Source of the DNA: Eledone cirrhosa | Lineage: Eukaryota | NCBI GenBank assembly: GCA_964016885.1 | Contig: OZ024742.1 | Location: forward strand, 139,934,001-139,998,000 | Direction: 5' to 3' | Length of the DNA: 64,000 bases | In this document: piece by piece, positions 1 to 12,098 of the stretch | How the letters are laid out: each line of letters starts with the position of its first letter | How positions within the stretch are numbered: the first letter of the stretch is position 1 | Made by a program: the position numbers and the translations under genes | The notes under the pieces: generated by a model | Seen by the model: the letters and a program-made list of their open reading frames with translations, nothing else | The model's database searches: none | What the model was told of the DNA's origin: nothing

Positions 1-794
1 CAACTCAGCTGGGAAAAAAGTGTTGTAACAACACTTATACTAGACTGAATTGAACTTTGCCTTTCCCTTGGAATATATCATTGGTGTAGAGAAATTACTA
101 GTATGTGTGAGCGACTGCTGGTCTCTTCCACAAAACACCTTGCCCATAGTGAGTTATAGCTTGGGGTATTTGTTTTAGCAACTAGAGATAATATATAAAA
201 TCTGAAGCAAAGCTCCCTTGTCACCCTTTTTTCAGCCCTTTTGATACCAACCTGCCCAAAGCAACCTTTGTGTAAAGAGTTCCTATTTAAATTAAAACCT
301 TTCAACATAATTTTATATAAAAATGTTGTGTTATATAGGTGCAAGCATAATAATATTGTTAAAGAGTTCACTTTGCAATCACGTTGTTTTGACATCAGTC
401 CTACTCTGTGGCACCATGGGCAAATAATCTCTACTATTGCCTCTAATTGAGTGAAATTTGGTTGATGGATACTGTACTGAACATGTCATATATTCACAGG
501 GGTTACGTTCCTAGAGCACCTCATATATTCACAGGGGATTGGAGCCCCTATCACTAAAATACTCATGAGAGGGCAGATAAACTTACTTAGGTGTGTGTCA
601 TAAGCACATAACATTATGCGTGTATATCTACACCACTTAGCAACCAGCATTGTTGGTTTATATCCCATAACGTTCATCATGTAAAGGCAGATAAAATAAG
701 TACTGGGGCTGATGTGATGGACTAAACCATGATGATGCTGCTCAAGCATGGTCAAAGTCTAATGATTGAAACCAGTAAAGAATAATATATATAT

Positions 795-1305
795 ATCCTT
801 CAAGTTCCATATCAGGTCCACCAGTCTAGTGAAGTGTCTCTTGCTCCGGTCCTTGAAGGAGTCCGTGTGATTGTATATCCTCGATTTAAAGGTCGTGGAT
901 ACTGCGCCGATGTAGGTGCGCTTGGTGTTGTGTGTTCTAACCACACATTTATAGACACGCCCTTCGTTAGGCAATTTCCCTGCAGAGGGCATTGTGTGCC
1001 CACGCGGCAGTTGCATGTTCGGGCTGTATGTTGCTCATTCCTGGCCTTTTTGCGGTGTTCTCTTGATTCGCTGGGTGTTGTTCTGCCGGTGCGGTGGGCT
1101 CCTTTCTGTCGTTCAGTGCCACCTGGTTGTCGAGTACTGTGTCTTCCGCTGGTAGATCAGCTATTGTGGGGTCCGGGTCGCAGTAGGTGGCCCTGCCTCC
1201 ATGTTGTCCTCCTGGCCCCCCAGGTGCATCAGTCACCTGCAGTAGTTGGTGGTTGAATTTCACTGCCTTGGTTTTGGCCATATAATCTGCCATGTTAGGC
1301 GCGGT
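795..1305 (-). mobile_element. Penelope-like element relic: linker and N-terminal GIY-YIG endonuclease (inverted segment)
   Basis: Minus-strand frames read TAPNMADY...CNCRVGTQCPLQGNCLTKG / VYKCVV...TYIG...FKSRIYNH..SF...IWNLKD, i.e. a Cys-rich linker plus GIY-YIG motif typical of PLEs; frameshifted. Confidence 0.8.
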
Positions 1306-1806
1306 TGGGACTTGAAGGACAGCGGCACCTTGTACGATCTCAACTGGAGTATCGTTCAACGTGCTAATGCATATTTGGTCGGCGAAGAGAATTGCAGGCT
1401 GTGCCTGTCCGAGGCCATGGAGATAGTGAGATTAGAAGATGACGCAGTCAACCTGAAATCAGAGATCATCATGGCATGTAGACACCAACGAAAGTGCATA
1501 CTCTCCGCATGGGAACCCCCAGATGGCTCCAACTAGAACCATACGGGGGTGCGGACATCAGTTGGGGTGGCGGCGCGGGTCCATGGATCTGACATCATAC
1601 CTTTGATGACTATGTATGTCGTATGGGGCATGTCAACACACCCAATGCTGCATATCTGGTTCTGTACTGTATCTTAAATACCGCTGTCGCAATAGCCAAG
1701 ACACAGCGGTTTAATTTCCATGGGTATACTCAACCCCGTCTCACCCATCACTAATGCACTCTGTTTCAGCACCATACTCTGTTACAAACTGTTTTTGCGT
1801 ATTCCC

Positions 1807-1810
<4 letters not shown>
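1306..1810 (+). mobile_element. Penelope-like element relic: C-terminal part of GIY-YIG endonuclease and 3' region
   Basis: ORF 1246-1536 from WDLKD onward: W.I...A..Y....CRLCLSE..EI......NLKSEII..CRH..K, the usual PLE endonuclease C-terminus; ends at (TA)n. Confidence 0.75.
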
Positions 1811-1847
<37 letters not shown>

Positions 1848-2559
1848 ATAATAATAAATTTGAAGACTAAAATCCAAAGAGGGCTCGATAAGGATAAATA
1901 TATATCAAATATATAAGAACCGTAGAGCAAATATTTATTAAAATAACAGATTAAAGTTTGAGCAAAGAATCGCTGCTTTCACTCTTAACGAGATCTTCTG
2001 AAACTAACAAAGTCAGTCTGTGAATATTTCAGAAGTGAATATTTCAAAAAACGTTGCAACCGGAGGAAGCAAAGATATCATCATCATCATCATCATCATC
2101 TTCGTTTAACGTCCATTTTCCACGCTAGCATATATATATATTTTAATGTAGCGTATGTGTTTTCTCTACGTATTCCACTATGTAACATTTTATGTATTTC
2201 TTCATATACATCCTCATATGTATTTTTTATATATTTTTTAAGTATATCCTTTGCATTGTTCCTATGAGCTTCCCGTATGTAATTTTGTTTATATGGTTTC
2301 TTTATGTGGATTATTTCACATTAACACCCTAATGCCAACTCGCTCAACGTCTGCATCAAAGAGTATCTGCATACACGTACATACCGCTCCGTGAGATGTT
2401 CAGTGCATTCTTTGACGTATTCCTTATATGCACTCTTTTTGTATTTTTTACGTATTTCTTCAAGTAAATGTTCTTTGTGTATTCCCTGATGTACAGCATT
2501 GTATGCATGTTTCTTTATATGAGGTTTACACGCTAAGGTTAACACGCTAAGCCGGCCTA

Positions 2560-3060
2560 CTCGTGGTGTATATGGGTGTGTGTCTATATGCGTATATAAT
2601 GTGCACAGGAGTGCCCGTGGGGTCATGCATACACACACATGGGCACACATCTGGGAGTGTCTGTAATTATATATGTGTGTGCGCGTGGGCCTATGTCCGT
2701 GTGTCTGCATGCGTACATACAGGTGTGTGTGTGTGTGTGTGTCTAGATATATATATATACATATATGTATGTATGTGTGTATAAGAGTAGGCTTGGTTGC
2801 GTGCATATGTATGCGCGAGTATATGTATGTGTATGTATATACAGGCTTGTGTGTGTATATATATATATGCATGTGTATGTATGGATATATGTATGTGTAT
2901 ATTTTTGGGTCCGTGTGTGTGTATATCTGTATGCATGTACCTATATAGGAGGGATGAACATATACATGTGTACGTGTGTGCGCAAACGCATGAGTGTATG
3001 AGTGGGGTGTGTGATCAGGAGATCGGAATGTCTGTCTATGTGTGAGCACAGGTGTGTGTC
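2560..3060. repeat. Low-complexity TG/TA/TATG microsatellite-like tract
   Basis: Degenerate (TG)n/(TA)n/(TATG)n; source of spurious C/V/Y/M and H/T/I-rich ORFs. Confidence 0.9.
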
Positions 3061-3322
3061 GGGTGACGGGCAAGCTAGGGACTGGCAAGGCAGATCATAA
3101 CCCCTCGCCCATGTAGCAGTAATTCTGGCGAAAGAATTAAGGTGAGTGACAGCTCACGCCTGAATGGAAATGGTCAGTGGCCAGCTTCGAATGGTCAAAC
3201 ATACAGATGACGTCTCAAACTCTTGACCAATCGACGGGCCGCGCAAACAGGATGATGGCAGATGATAGAAATTCTAAGGGTCGGAGTACAACAGGCAGAA
3301 GATTTGCTTCAAAGTCACTAGA

Positions 3323-3413
3323 CGTATCTGAGGAACTTGCGAATCCAGAGTCAGGTTCGATCCACAAATAGATCGCACCTCGAGCTGTTCACCGAAGAAA
3401 CAATTGTAATACG
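3323..3413 (+). ncRNA. Candidate type I hammerhead ribozyme (PLE/retrozyme type)
   Basis: Stem I CGTAT (3323-27)/ATACG (3409-13); core CTGAGGA (3328-34) and GAAA (3397-3400); palindromic stem III CAATTG; GUA cleavage triplet (3406-08); long imperfect stem II. Confidence 0.55.
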
Positions 3414-3500
3414 CTAATGCATCACTGATTCTTTGTTTTCCATATTATTATACTCTGCTGGCATACCGCCTATGGACGCATCCAAGCAACCTTACTACAA

Positions 3501-3542
<42 letters not shown>

Positions 3543-3861
3543 TATCACTGATGCAGGGAACTTTAAGTGAGTATATGAAGCTGTATCTTATCTCAGGCTG
3601 ATATGATAGTCAATTGTCTCTGGGGCCTAAGCATTTATATCTGGACTCATCTAACTGGGTGATTATAGATTAGTGAAGAGGTTTTTGGATATTAAAGTTT
3701 TGATAACTGTGTTTGTGTGTATGTTTGTATGTCATGTATTAATACATGGATATGTATACACGTGTGCAAATAAATATACTTATGTACTTATTTGTATCTC
3801 TGTGTGTGTGTATCTACTTGATAACCTGTTACAAGTATTTAGTTATCTTTATAAACAATGC

Positions 3862-3901
<40 letters not shown>

Positions 3902-3905
3902 GTAC

Positions 3906-6900
3906 AAATAGAGTGAATGACAGAATAATTGAATTAAGACTAGTTCTAAATAGAACTACTGTGACAATAATATCTGCTTATGCACCCCAATCTGGTCTAC
4001 TTGATGTTATAAAGGGCAGGTTCTATGAGATGCTAATGCACACTACCTCCCAAATAACCGACAGTGACTACTTAATTATTGCTGGCGATCTAAATGGTCA
4101 CGTTGGACAACATAGTGATGGCTATGATGGAATCCATGGAGGCTATGGGGTTGGAAATAGAAATGAGGAGGGCTTCAGAATCCTGGAATTCTGTGGTGCA
4201 AATAGCCTAACTATCTGTAACACAAACTTCAAAAAACGTGAAAACCACTTGATCACCTATAGATCAGGGAAACACCCCAGCCAGATAGATTATATCCTTA
4301 CTAGAAGACGGGACAAAATGTCTGTTGTAAACACTAAATCCCTCCCCCATGAAGAATGCACCTCCCAACATAGCCTAGTAGTTAGTGACCTCATAGTCAG
4401 GAATAGACGTACTTGACGACAGAGGAGGCCTACCTTGAGAAGAATATGGAAGTTGAAGGACCCCATAGCCAGTGACAAATTTAAAAGCTTATTACTTGAT
4501 GCCTTTGACAATAAGGAAGAGCAATTAGAGATGTGCAATATAGAGGAACAGTGGAAATTCTTGAAAGTGAACCTGCAGAAAGCAACGAATGAAATCTGTG
4601 GCTGGAGCAGACCTATTGGCAGGAGGAGAGTAACTTGGTGGTGGAACAGCAAGGTGGAAGAGACAATCAAGGCCAAAAAGCAGGCTTGGATAGTATGGCA
4701 GGATGGGGGAAGTAGAGAGCACTATCAAGTGGCCAGGAGAGAAGCTAGGAGACAAGTGTACCTTGCAAAAAGGGTAGCAGAGGATAGAAAGTTCAAGCAT
4801 GTTCTGCAACGTGAGGACCAAAAACGTGAGGTGTTCAGGATTGCTAGACAATGTGTCAAGGAAAACCATGATATTGTTGGGGAGAAGTATGTCCGTAATG
4901 ATAATGGTGTAGTTGCACTCACTGATACTGATAAGATAACCTAGAAGTGTCACTACGAGAGACTATTAAATGAGGAGAATAAATGGGGAAAAGATAGTCT
5001 GCTCCAAATCGATCCAATAGAAAGACCAGCGGTGCAAGTTAAAGGTAGTATAATAAGTAAGGCAATCAAAGATATGAAGACAGGCAAGGCAGCTGGGCCT
5101 TCGGAGATAGTTGCTGAGATGTTGAAGGCATCTGGTATGGTGGGACACACTATGGTCACCCGTATAGTTAACTAAGTAATACAGAATGGGGTCAAACCGA
5201 AAGACTGGCGTAGCGGCATCATCATTAACTGCTACAAGGGTAAAGGGGATGCTCTAGATAGGGGAAACTATATAGGTATTAAGTTAGTTGACCAAGTCAT
5301 GAAGGTCACAGAAAGAGTTATAGCGCAACTAATCACAGAGCAAATTGATCTAGATGAAATGCAGTTTGGGTTTGTGTCAGGTAAAAGTACCACAGACGCT
5401 CTTTTCCTTGTACGACAACTACAAGAGAAGTACCTAGCTAAAAGTAAACCCCTCTACTTAGCTTTTGTAGACCTGGAGAAAGCTTTTGACAGAGTCCCCA
5501 GCTCCATTATCTGGTGGGCTCTTAGAAAACTAGGTGTAGATGAATGGCTTGTGAGAGCTATACAAGCCATGTATAATGAAACAGTCAGTAAGGTGAGAAT
5601 CAACAATGAATATTGTGAAGAATTTAGTGTAAAAGTTGGCGTTCTTTAAGGCTCTGTCCTTAGCCCCCTCTTATTTATTATTGCCCTTCAGGCTATAACA
5701 GAGGAGTTCAAGACCGGCTGCCCATGGGAACTCCTATACGCAGATGATCTAACGCTCATAGCTGAATCGATGGCTGAACTAGAGAAGAAATTCGAAACAT
5801 GGAAGCATGGCCTAGAATCAAAAGGCCTTAAAGTTAACTTGTCTAAGACTAAAGTTCTAGTTTGTAGAAAGGAAAATAGGGCACAGGTGCCCTCAGGGAA
5901 ATGGCCATGCTCAGTGTGTAGGAAAGGAGTAGGCAGAAATTCCATTTTATGTCCCAAATGCAAAGTATGGGTACATAAAAGATGTAGTGGGATCACAGGT
6001 AAACTATCTAAGAACGTAGACTTTATATGTGGCCAATGCTCAGGTGCAATAAGTAGCAAGTGTCCAAAGGATACTAGCTCCTTCCATTGCTCAGATGGTT
6101 TTATAGAAATAGTAGACACTTTCCGTTACCTGGGTGACGAAATCAGCAGTGGTGGAGGTTGTTCTGAAAGTACAGTAGCCAGAGTCAGAACGGGATGGAA
6201 AAAGTTCAGAGCTTATACCGTTGTTGGCCACAAAAGGTTTCTCTCTAAAAATGAAAGGCAGATTGTATGATGCCTGTATACGAACAGCAATGCTACATGG
6301 CAGTGAGACATGGGCATTACGTGCAGAGGACCTACGTAGACTGGAAAGGAACGAAGCATGCATGCTCCATTGGATGTGTAATAGTAATATACGTGAAACG
6401 CAAAGCATAAATGAACTAAGTGAGAAATTAGGAATAAGAGGGATCAGATACTGTTTACTCGAGAGAAGACTACGCTGGTATGGTCACGTGATGCGCATGA
6501 AAGACGACAGCTGCATAAAAAAGTGCAGGGCGATCAAAATTGATGGTAGTTGCGGAGTAGGTAGATCCAGAAACCTGGGATGATCTGATAAATTCCGACC
6601 TCACACACTTACATCTCTCTAAGACAATGTCTCTGGACCGAGACCTTTGGCGCTACGCAGTAATACAGAAGACCCGCCTTGCCTATGTACAAAGCGAAAC
6701 CTTACATTCAGTAGGCACCTCTTAACCAAATATACAGCACGTGAAAATGAGATCGAGTTCGTGTAGGTGTCACGACAAAAAACACACTGTCCACGCTGTA
6801 ATGTGGCCGTGTAGGTAACACGGTAAAAAGTTCCCAGTTCCACACTGTAAATGTGGTTGGTGTTAGGAAGGGCATCCAGCCGTAGAAAACCTGCCAGATA

Positions 6901-7006
6901 GTCCTATATGAGCGAGACACGGTCACCCGACCAGCCTTGCATCAAGTGGGACAACTCCCGTCTAACCCATGCTAGCGTGGAAAACGGACGTTAAACAATG
7001 ATGATG
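3906..7006 (+). mobile_element. RTE-clade LINE family A, copy A1 (5'-truncated, inactivated): APE + RT + embedded PHD finger
   Basis: APE motifs (SAYAPQ, AGDLNGHVG, SQIDY); RT motifs (QFGF, FVDLEKAFDRV, LLYADDL, FRYLG); C4HC3 finger; stops and frameshifts; 3' end CCCATGCTAGCGTGGAAAACGGACGTTAAAC then (GAT)n; possible ATGTAC TSD. Confidence 0.95.
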
Positions 7007-8214
7007 ATGTACGTACACACACACACACATACATACATACATACATACATACATGTGTATAAGAACCCTTCCACTCGGTAACTCCTGGTGGAGTCGTGGG
7101 GGTGTTGTTGTGTCACAGGTAAACGACAGAATTGACCCCTGTACTGGACTGGTAATTTTTTTATAAACCTCAAAATGTTGATCATCATCATCGTTTTTAC
7201 GTCCGCTTTGCCATGTTTACCTGGGTTGGACGGGATGTTGGTGGGATTTGAACTCAGTACAGAGAGCTGGACTGAATAGTACAAAGCTTGCTATCTAACA
7301 TTCTGCCATATATTTTCCCCCCCTCATCTATAAAGCATGAAACTAATAAGATTTCATGTGTGTCTTCCTTTTAATTTGAACTGTGTGTGTATGTTGACCT
7401 CCATCAGTTCTGACGAGGAGTGTTCCATCCAGTCTTTTGATCAACAGAACAGCCTGCTCATGAAATTAACATACAAGTAGCTGAGCATACTACAGGCTTG
7501 TGTAACCTTAACATGATTCTCATTGATATTCAGCTTGATACACTTTTTATGATGATGCTGGCCCTTTGAATTACAGTTGCAACCTATTTTTAATAGCTGA
7601 GTTAACTGGATCAACATGTCTTGCTGGGAATCAAATTCATGACCTTATGAACATGAGCTGTATATATAACTTGGTCCTTAAGACATGTCCTGCACTTTAG
7701 ATGCAAGTTCCCAATTTTAATTTGAAACCTACTTTTGATTCCTGATTGTACCCTTTCAATACCAAACTGCCTGAAACCAGCCCTGGTTTTATGATACTTA
7801 GCAGTTTGTTTTAGTGTTTATATTTATCAAAAACCTCCAATCATAATTTAAATTATACCCCAAACACCAGCTTAATAACGAGAAAGTTGATTATTTTACT
7901 AAATCCCTAAATCCAAAATAATTAAGAATTTGAAAAGGTAGTTTGGTATATTTAAAGTGCTTCATCAGAGTTAGATATAGGTCTGAACAATATGATACAT
8001 ACACACACGCAGATAATCAAGAAATACAGGGTTCAACTCCTTGTAGGCACCTTTGGCCACCTTTTTTCCATCTCCAAGGGGTATTTTACCCAGTTTTCTC
8101 AACTATTATTTACAATGATTGACGATATTATATAAACTCACATTTATATTAACACTCACATTTCAAATTTCCCCAGTGACTTCCTAAGTCAACAGTTTGT
8201 GTGTGTTTCATGTA

Positions 8215-8522
8215 TAACTGGCACTCAGTTACGACGGTCAGTGTTCCAGTTCATGCAATCAACAGAACAGCCTGCTTGTGAAATTAACATGCAAGTAGCT
8301 TAGCATTCCACAGACATAAGCACCCTTAATGTAGTTCTCAGAGAGATTCAGTGTGACACAGAATGTGACAAGGCTGGTTCTTCGAATTACGGATACAACT
8401 CATTTTTGCCAGCTGAGTGCAAAAATATGTAAACTAAAGTGTCTTGCCCAAGGACACAATGCACTGCCAGGAATCATACAACCTTATGATCATGAGCCGA
8501 ATACTCTATTAAGCCATGTGCA
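8215..8522 (-). mobile_element. Degenerate SINE (related copy at ~7410-7670)
   Basis: Shares AACAGAACAGCCTGCT...GAAATTAACAT.CAAGTAGCT with the 7410-7670 copy and the GTGTCTTGCCCAAGGACACAA block seen in other SINEs of this window. Confidence 0.55.
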
Positions 8523-8889
8523 TTTACTATACATACATACATGCATAATGGCTGTATCTCAGTTTCAAGAATTGCCAACCCTTGACCTTTTTCTCATACA
8601 TAGCTGGCATGAACATGACTTTTAGCCCTCCCTAGGACTTAGATTCCTTTCTGCATATGCTGCAGCAAAAGAAAAAAAAGAAAAGGCCATGCTCATGCAA
8701 CATACATGAAAGTTGTTTAGATCAAGTGATGTCAGTGCTTGAATCTTTTTAAAGTGAAGAGAAGCCTTGCTCTGGACCAATCCTACTCTGAACAACGGTG
8801 ACAGGTATCCAAAAAGAAGAGGTCAACATCATTGGCTGCCATCGGGTTGGCAGTTTTACATCAATCAAGAGTTTTAAATCTCTTAGAAT

Positions 8890-9462
8890 GATGTCCTAAC
8901 AAGAACTCTTCATTTTTTCATCTTCTTAGGGCTTTTTTCACCTAATGCGGACCCTAGGCCATAAGAAAGTTTGATTTTCTTTGCTTACAGTATGAAGAAG
9001 AGACTGACTAATACATAGTTACAATTTCAAGGAAATCGGTTTTACGTAACGCCTCAAAAAACCTCTAAAAATCTTTTAAAACGCAGTTTTTCACCTAATG
9101 CGGTCTCTAGGAGATAAAAGAAAGTTGAGCTTTAGGGATTCAAACTCACACACACACACAGACATCCTCAGGGAAGTGATGTAATGCAGACAGTCAGACA
9201 TACAGACAGATATTATAAGGGTGCAACGTTATATGTATGTATCTAAAAAGAGAAAGACTAAGAATTATAGAGCAAGATCGCTAAATCGCCTAATGCGGTC
9301 CTAGGGCATTGACAATTTGAAATTTTTTTTTTGCTCAGAACACTCCCTGAAACATAAGTATTACATGTATAAAGTTTGAAAACAGCTGGTTGGGTGCTTC
9401 TCTAGTTTTAGGGATTCAAACTCACACACACAGACAGACATCCTCAGTTTTATATATATAGA
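8890..9462 (-). mobile_element. Non-autonomous Helitron-like element (5' terminus visible; left boundary approximate)
   Basis: Minus strand begins A|TCTATATATATAAAACTGAGGATGTCTGTCTGTGTGTGTG, close to the Helitron 5' end at 29115; internal repeats (CCTAATGCGG x3, TTTAGGGATTCAAACTCACAC x2); no CTAG 3' end identified. Confidence 0.6.
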
Positions 9463-9543
9463 TTATAGATATCTATAATTTATAATAAACGAAGCCAAAT
9501 TTTACATATTTGACTTAATTATTTTATATATATATATATATAT

Positions 9544-11967
9544 ATCATCATTTTACATCCGCTCTTCCCTGCTCGCAAGGGTGGGACGGGTCATATTCAG
9601 CACAGTATCTCTCCATTCGTCACGGTCCTTCGTCATCTCCACCATGAGCTTCAACGATCTGAGGTCTGTTCTCACCACCTCTGCTCATGTTTTTCGTGGT
9701 CTTCCTCTACCATGTCTTCCTTCAACAGGCATTTCCTGGCACTTCTTCACCCATCGGTCATCCTCCATGCGCATCACATGTCCATACCACCTCAGTCTCC
9801 TCTCCCGTACACTACATTCTATCCCTCTCAGACACAGTTTCTCTCTCAACACATTCATGCTGGGTCGTTCACGCACATTTACACTGCACATCCAACGGAG
9901 CATGCTTGCCTCATTTCTCTCCAGCTGTCGCATATCCTCTGCAGTTGCTACCCATGTCTCTCTACCATGCAGCATCGCGCTCCTCACACAGGCATCATAT
10001 AACCGGCCTTTCGTATGCAGGGAGAAACCCTTCTTCGTCAGCAGAGGAAGCAGCTCCCTAAACTTCTTCCAACCCGTCCTTATTCTAGATACTATGGCCT
10101 CGGAACACCCTCCTTCCATGCTAATCTGATCTCCTAGATACCGGAAGCTATCTACCACTTCTATAGCACCCTCCTGCATTTGAAAAATGTGTCTATCAAT
10201 GCAACTTTTACTGTCTAATTTCCCTGTACATCTACTGCATACATATTTCTCCCTACCTGTTAGTTTGACTGCTATCCCGCTACATCTCTTGTGTACCCAG
10301 GATCTGCATTGTGTGCATTTTATAGAATTGATGCCAGTTCCTTTTCTGCATATCGAACATGGCCATTTCCCTGACGGAATCAGAGTTTTGTCCTCTTTTC
10401 TACTCATCAACACTTTTGTCTTAGCTAGGATCACTCTCAGTCCTCTTGCTTCCAACTGCTGTTTCCATAGCCAGAATTTATTCTCTAGCTCCTCTACTGA
10501 TTCTGCTATAAGAACCAGATCGTCAGCATAGAGAAGTTCCCATGGACAGCCAGTCTTAAACTCCTCTGTTATGGCTTGGAGGACTATAATGAACAAAAGC
10601 GGGCTGAGGACCGAACCTTGATGTACTCCTACTTGTATCTGGAATTCCTCACTAAACTCCATTCCTACCCTGACTTTACTGAGAGTACCTCTGTACAAAA
10701 TTTGCACTGTCCTCACAAGCCATTCCTCAACACCTAGTTTCCTTAGGGACCACCAGATGACAGATCGGGGTACCCTATCAAAGGCCTTCTCTAGGTCAAC
10801 AAAGGCTAAGTATAGTGGCTTATTTTTCTCTTGCAATTGTCTCATCAAGAAGATGGCATCTGTTGTACTCTTCCCAGGCACAAAACCAAACTGCATCTCA
10901 TCTAGTTTGACCCTTTCTCTAATTAGTTGTGCTAATATCCTTTCTGCCACTTTCATAACCTGATCCATCAGTTTTATACCCCTATAAATGCTCCTCTCCA
11001 GAGCATCCCCTTTACCTTTGTAGCAATTTATGAGAATACTGCTGCATCAGTTTTTGGGTATGACACCACCATATATAGCCTGATTGATGATGCGTGCAAC
11101 CAGTTTAGTGCCTACGTCCCCTGATGCCTTCAGCATCTCAGCAACTATTCCCGATGGTCCAGCAGCCTTACCATTTTTCATTTCCTTAATCGCCTCTTGG
11201 ATCCTATATTCGTCAATCTCAATAGCTGGTCCCTCTGTTGGATCTACCAAGGGTAATTTCTCTCTCTCCCATTCGTTCTCCACATTCATCAGTCTCTCAT
11301 AATGACTTTTCCAGGCCTCCTTTTTCTGATCATTCATGACACTAAGTACACCGACATCATTCCGGACACATTTATCTCCAACAACATCCTGATTTGCATT
11401 GACACACTGCCTTGCAATGTGGAACACCGCACGCCTCTGATCTTCCTATCGCAGAACATTGGCAAACCTCCTACTCTCAACCTCCCTGCGTGCTAAGTAC
11501 ACCTGACGTCTAGCTTCTCTCTTAGCGGCTGTATATTCTTCCCTACTCCCACCCTTTTTCCAAGCCTTCCATGCTAGTCTTTTGTCTCTAATGGCCTTAT
11601 CTACTGTGCTGTTCCACCACCAAGCCACTCTCTGTCTGGTTGGAGCTCTGCTCCAGCCACACGTTTCATCAGTAGCCTGCAGCAAGTTGTCACGTAAGAA
11701 ATTCCAGTTATTATCTATGTCATACGTCTCTAAATCGTCTTCTTTTTCGTCATATACATCTTGAAGGGCTTTCCTAAATTTGTATTTTAGTGAAAGGTCT
11801 TTTAGCTTCCAGACCTTTCTTCTCCACACCTTCCTGTATGTCTCATTCCATCTCTTGCTTACTGAGATATCACTCACGACTAACCTATGCTGTGGGGTAC
11901 AATCTTCCCCAGGGTATGCCTTGGTATTAGACACTATCTGCCTGTCCCGCTGCCTAACTAGTAAGAA
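9544..11967 (-). mobile_element. RTE-clade LINE family B, copy B1 (5'-truncated)
   Basis: ORFs 11446-12024, 11047-11427, 9685-10968: RT motifs QFGF, FVDLEKAFDRV, GVHQGSVLSP, YADD, PHD finger, FRYLG, RRLRWYGHV, RGRPRKT; short 3' end with (GAT)n; both flanks (TA)n. Confidence 0.95.
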
Positions 11968-12098
11968 TATATATATATACACACATACATATATACTACA
12001 CATATATAGAACAAACACTAACAATAATTGAATACTTTAATGTGTTGTAACCTTATGTTACCATTGGTTCACCAATTTGAGCACATGATGCATAGTGT

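Noticed and set aside
2321-3088. 255-aa H/T/Y/I-rich ORF and overlapping C/V/Y/M ORFs (likewise at 13951-14251, 42570-42893, 54886-55204, 62630-62948)
   Set aside because: Translations of TG/TA/CT microsatellites; no domain or splice support.
7955-7980. CTGATGA on the minus strand as a hammerhead
   Set aside because: No GAAA or pairing stems at a compatible distance.
9581-10531. Plus-strand ORFs repeated at 55128-56078, which could look like a conserved duplicated gene
   Set aside because: They are antisense frames of the two RTE-B copies; the similarity comes from the transposon.
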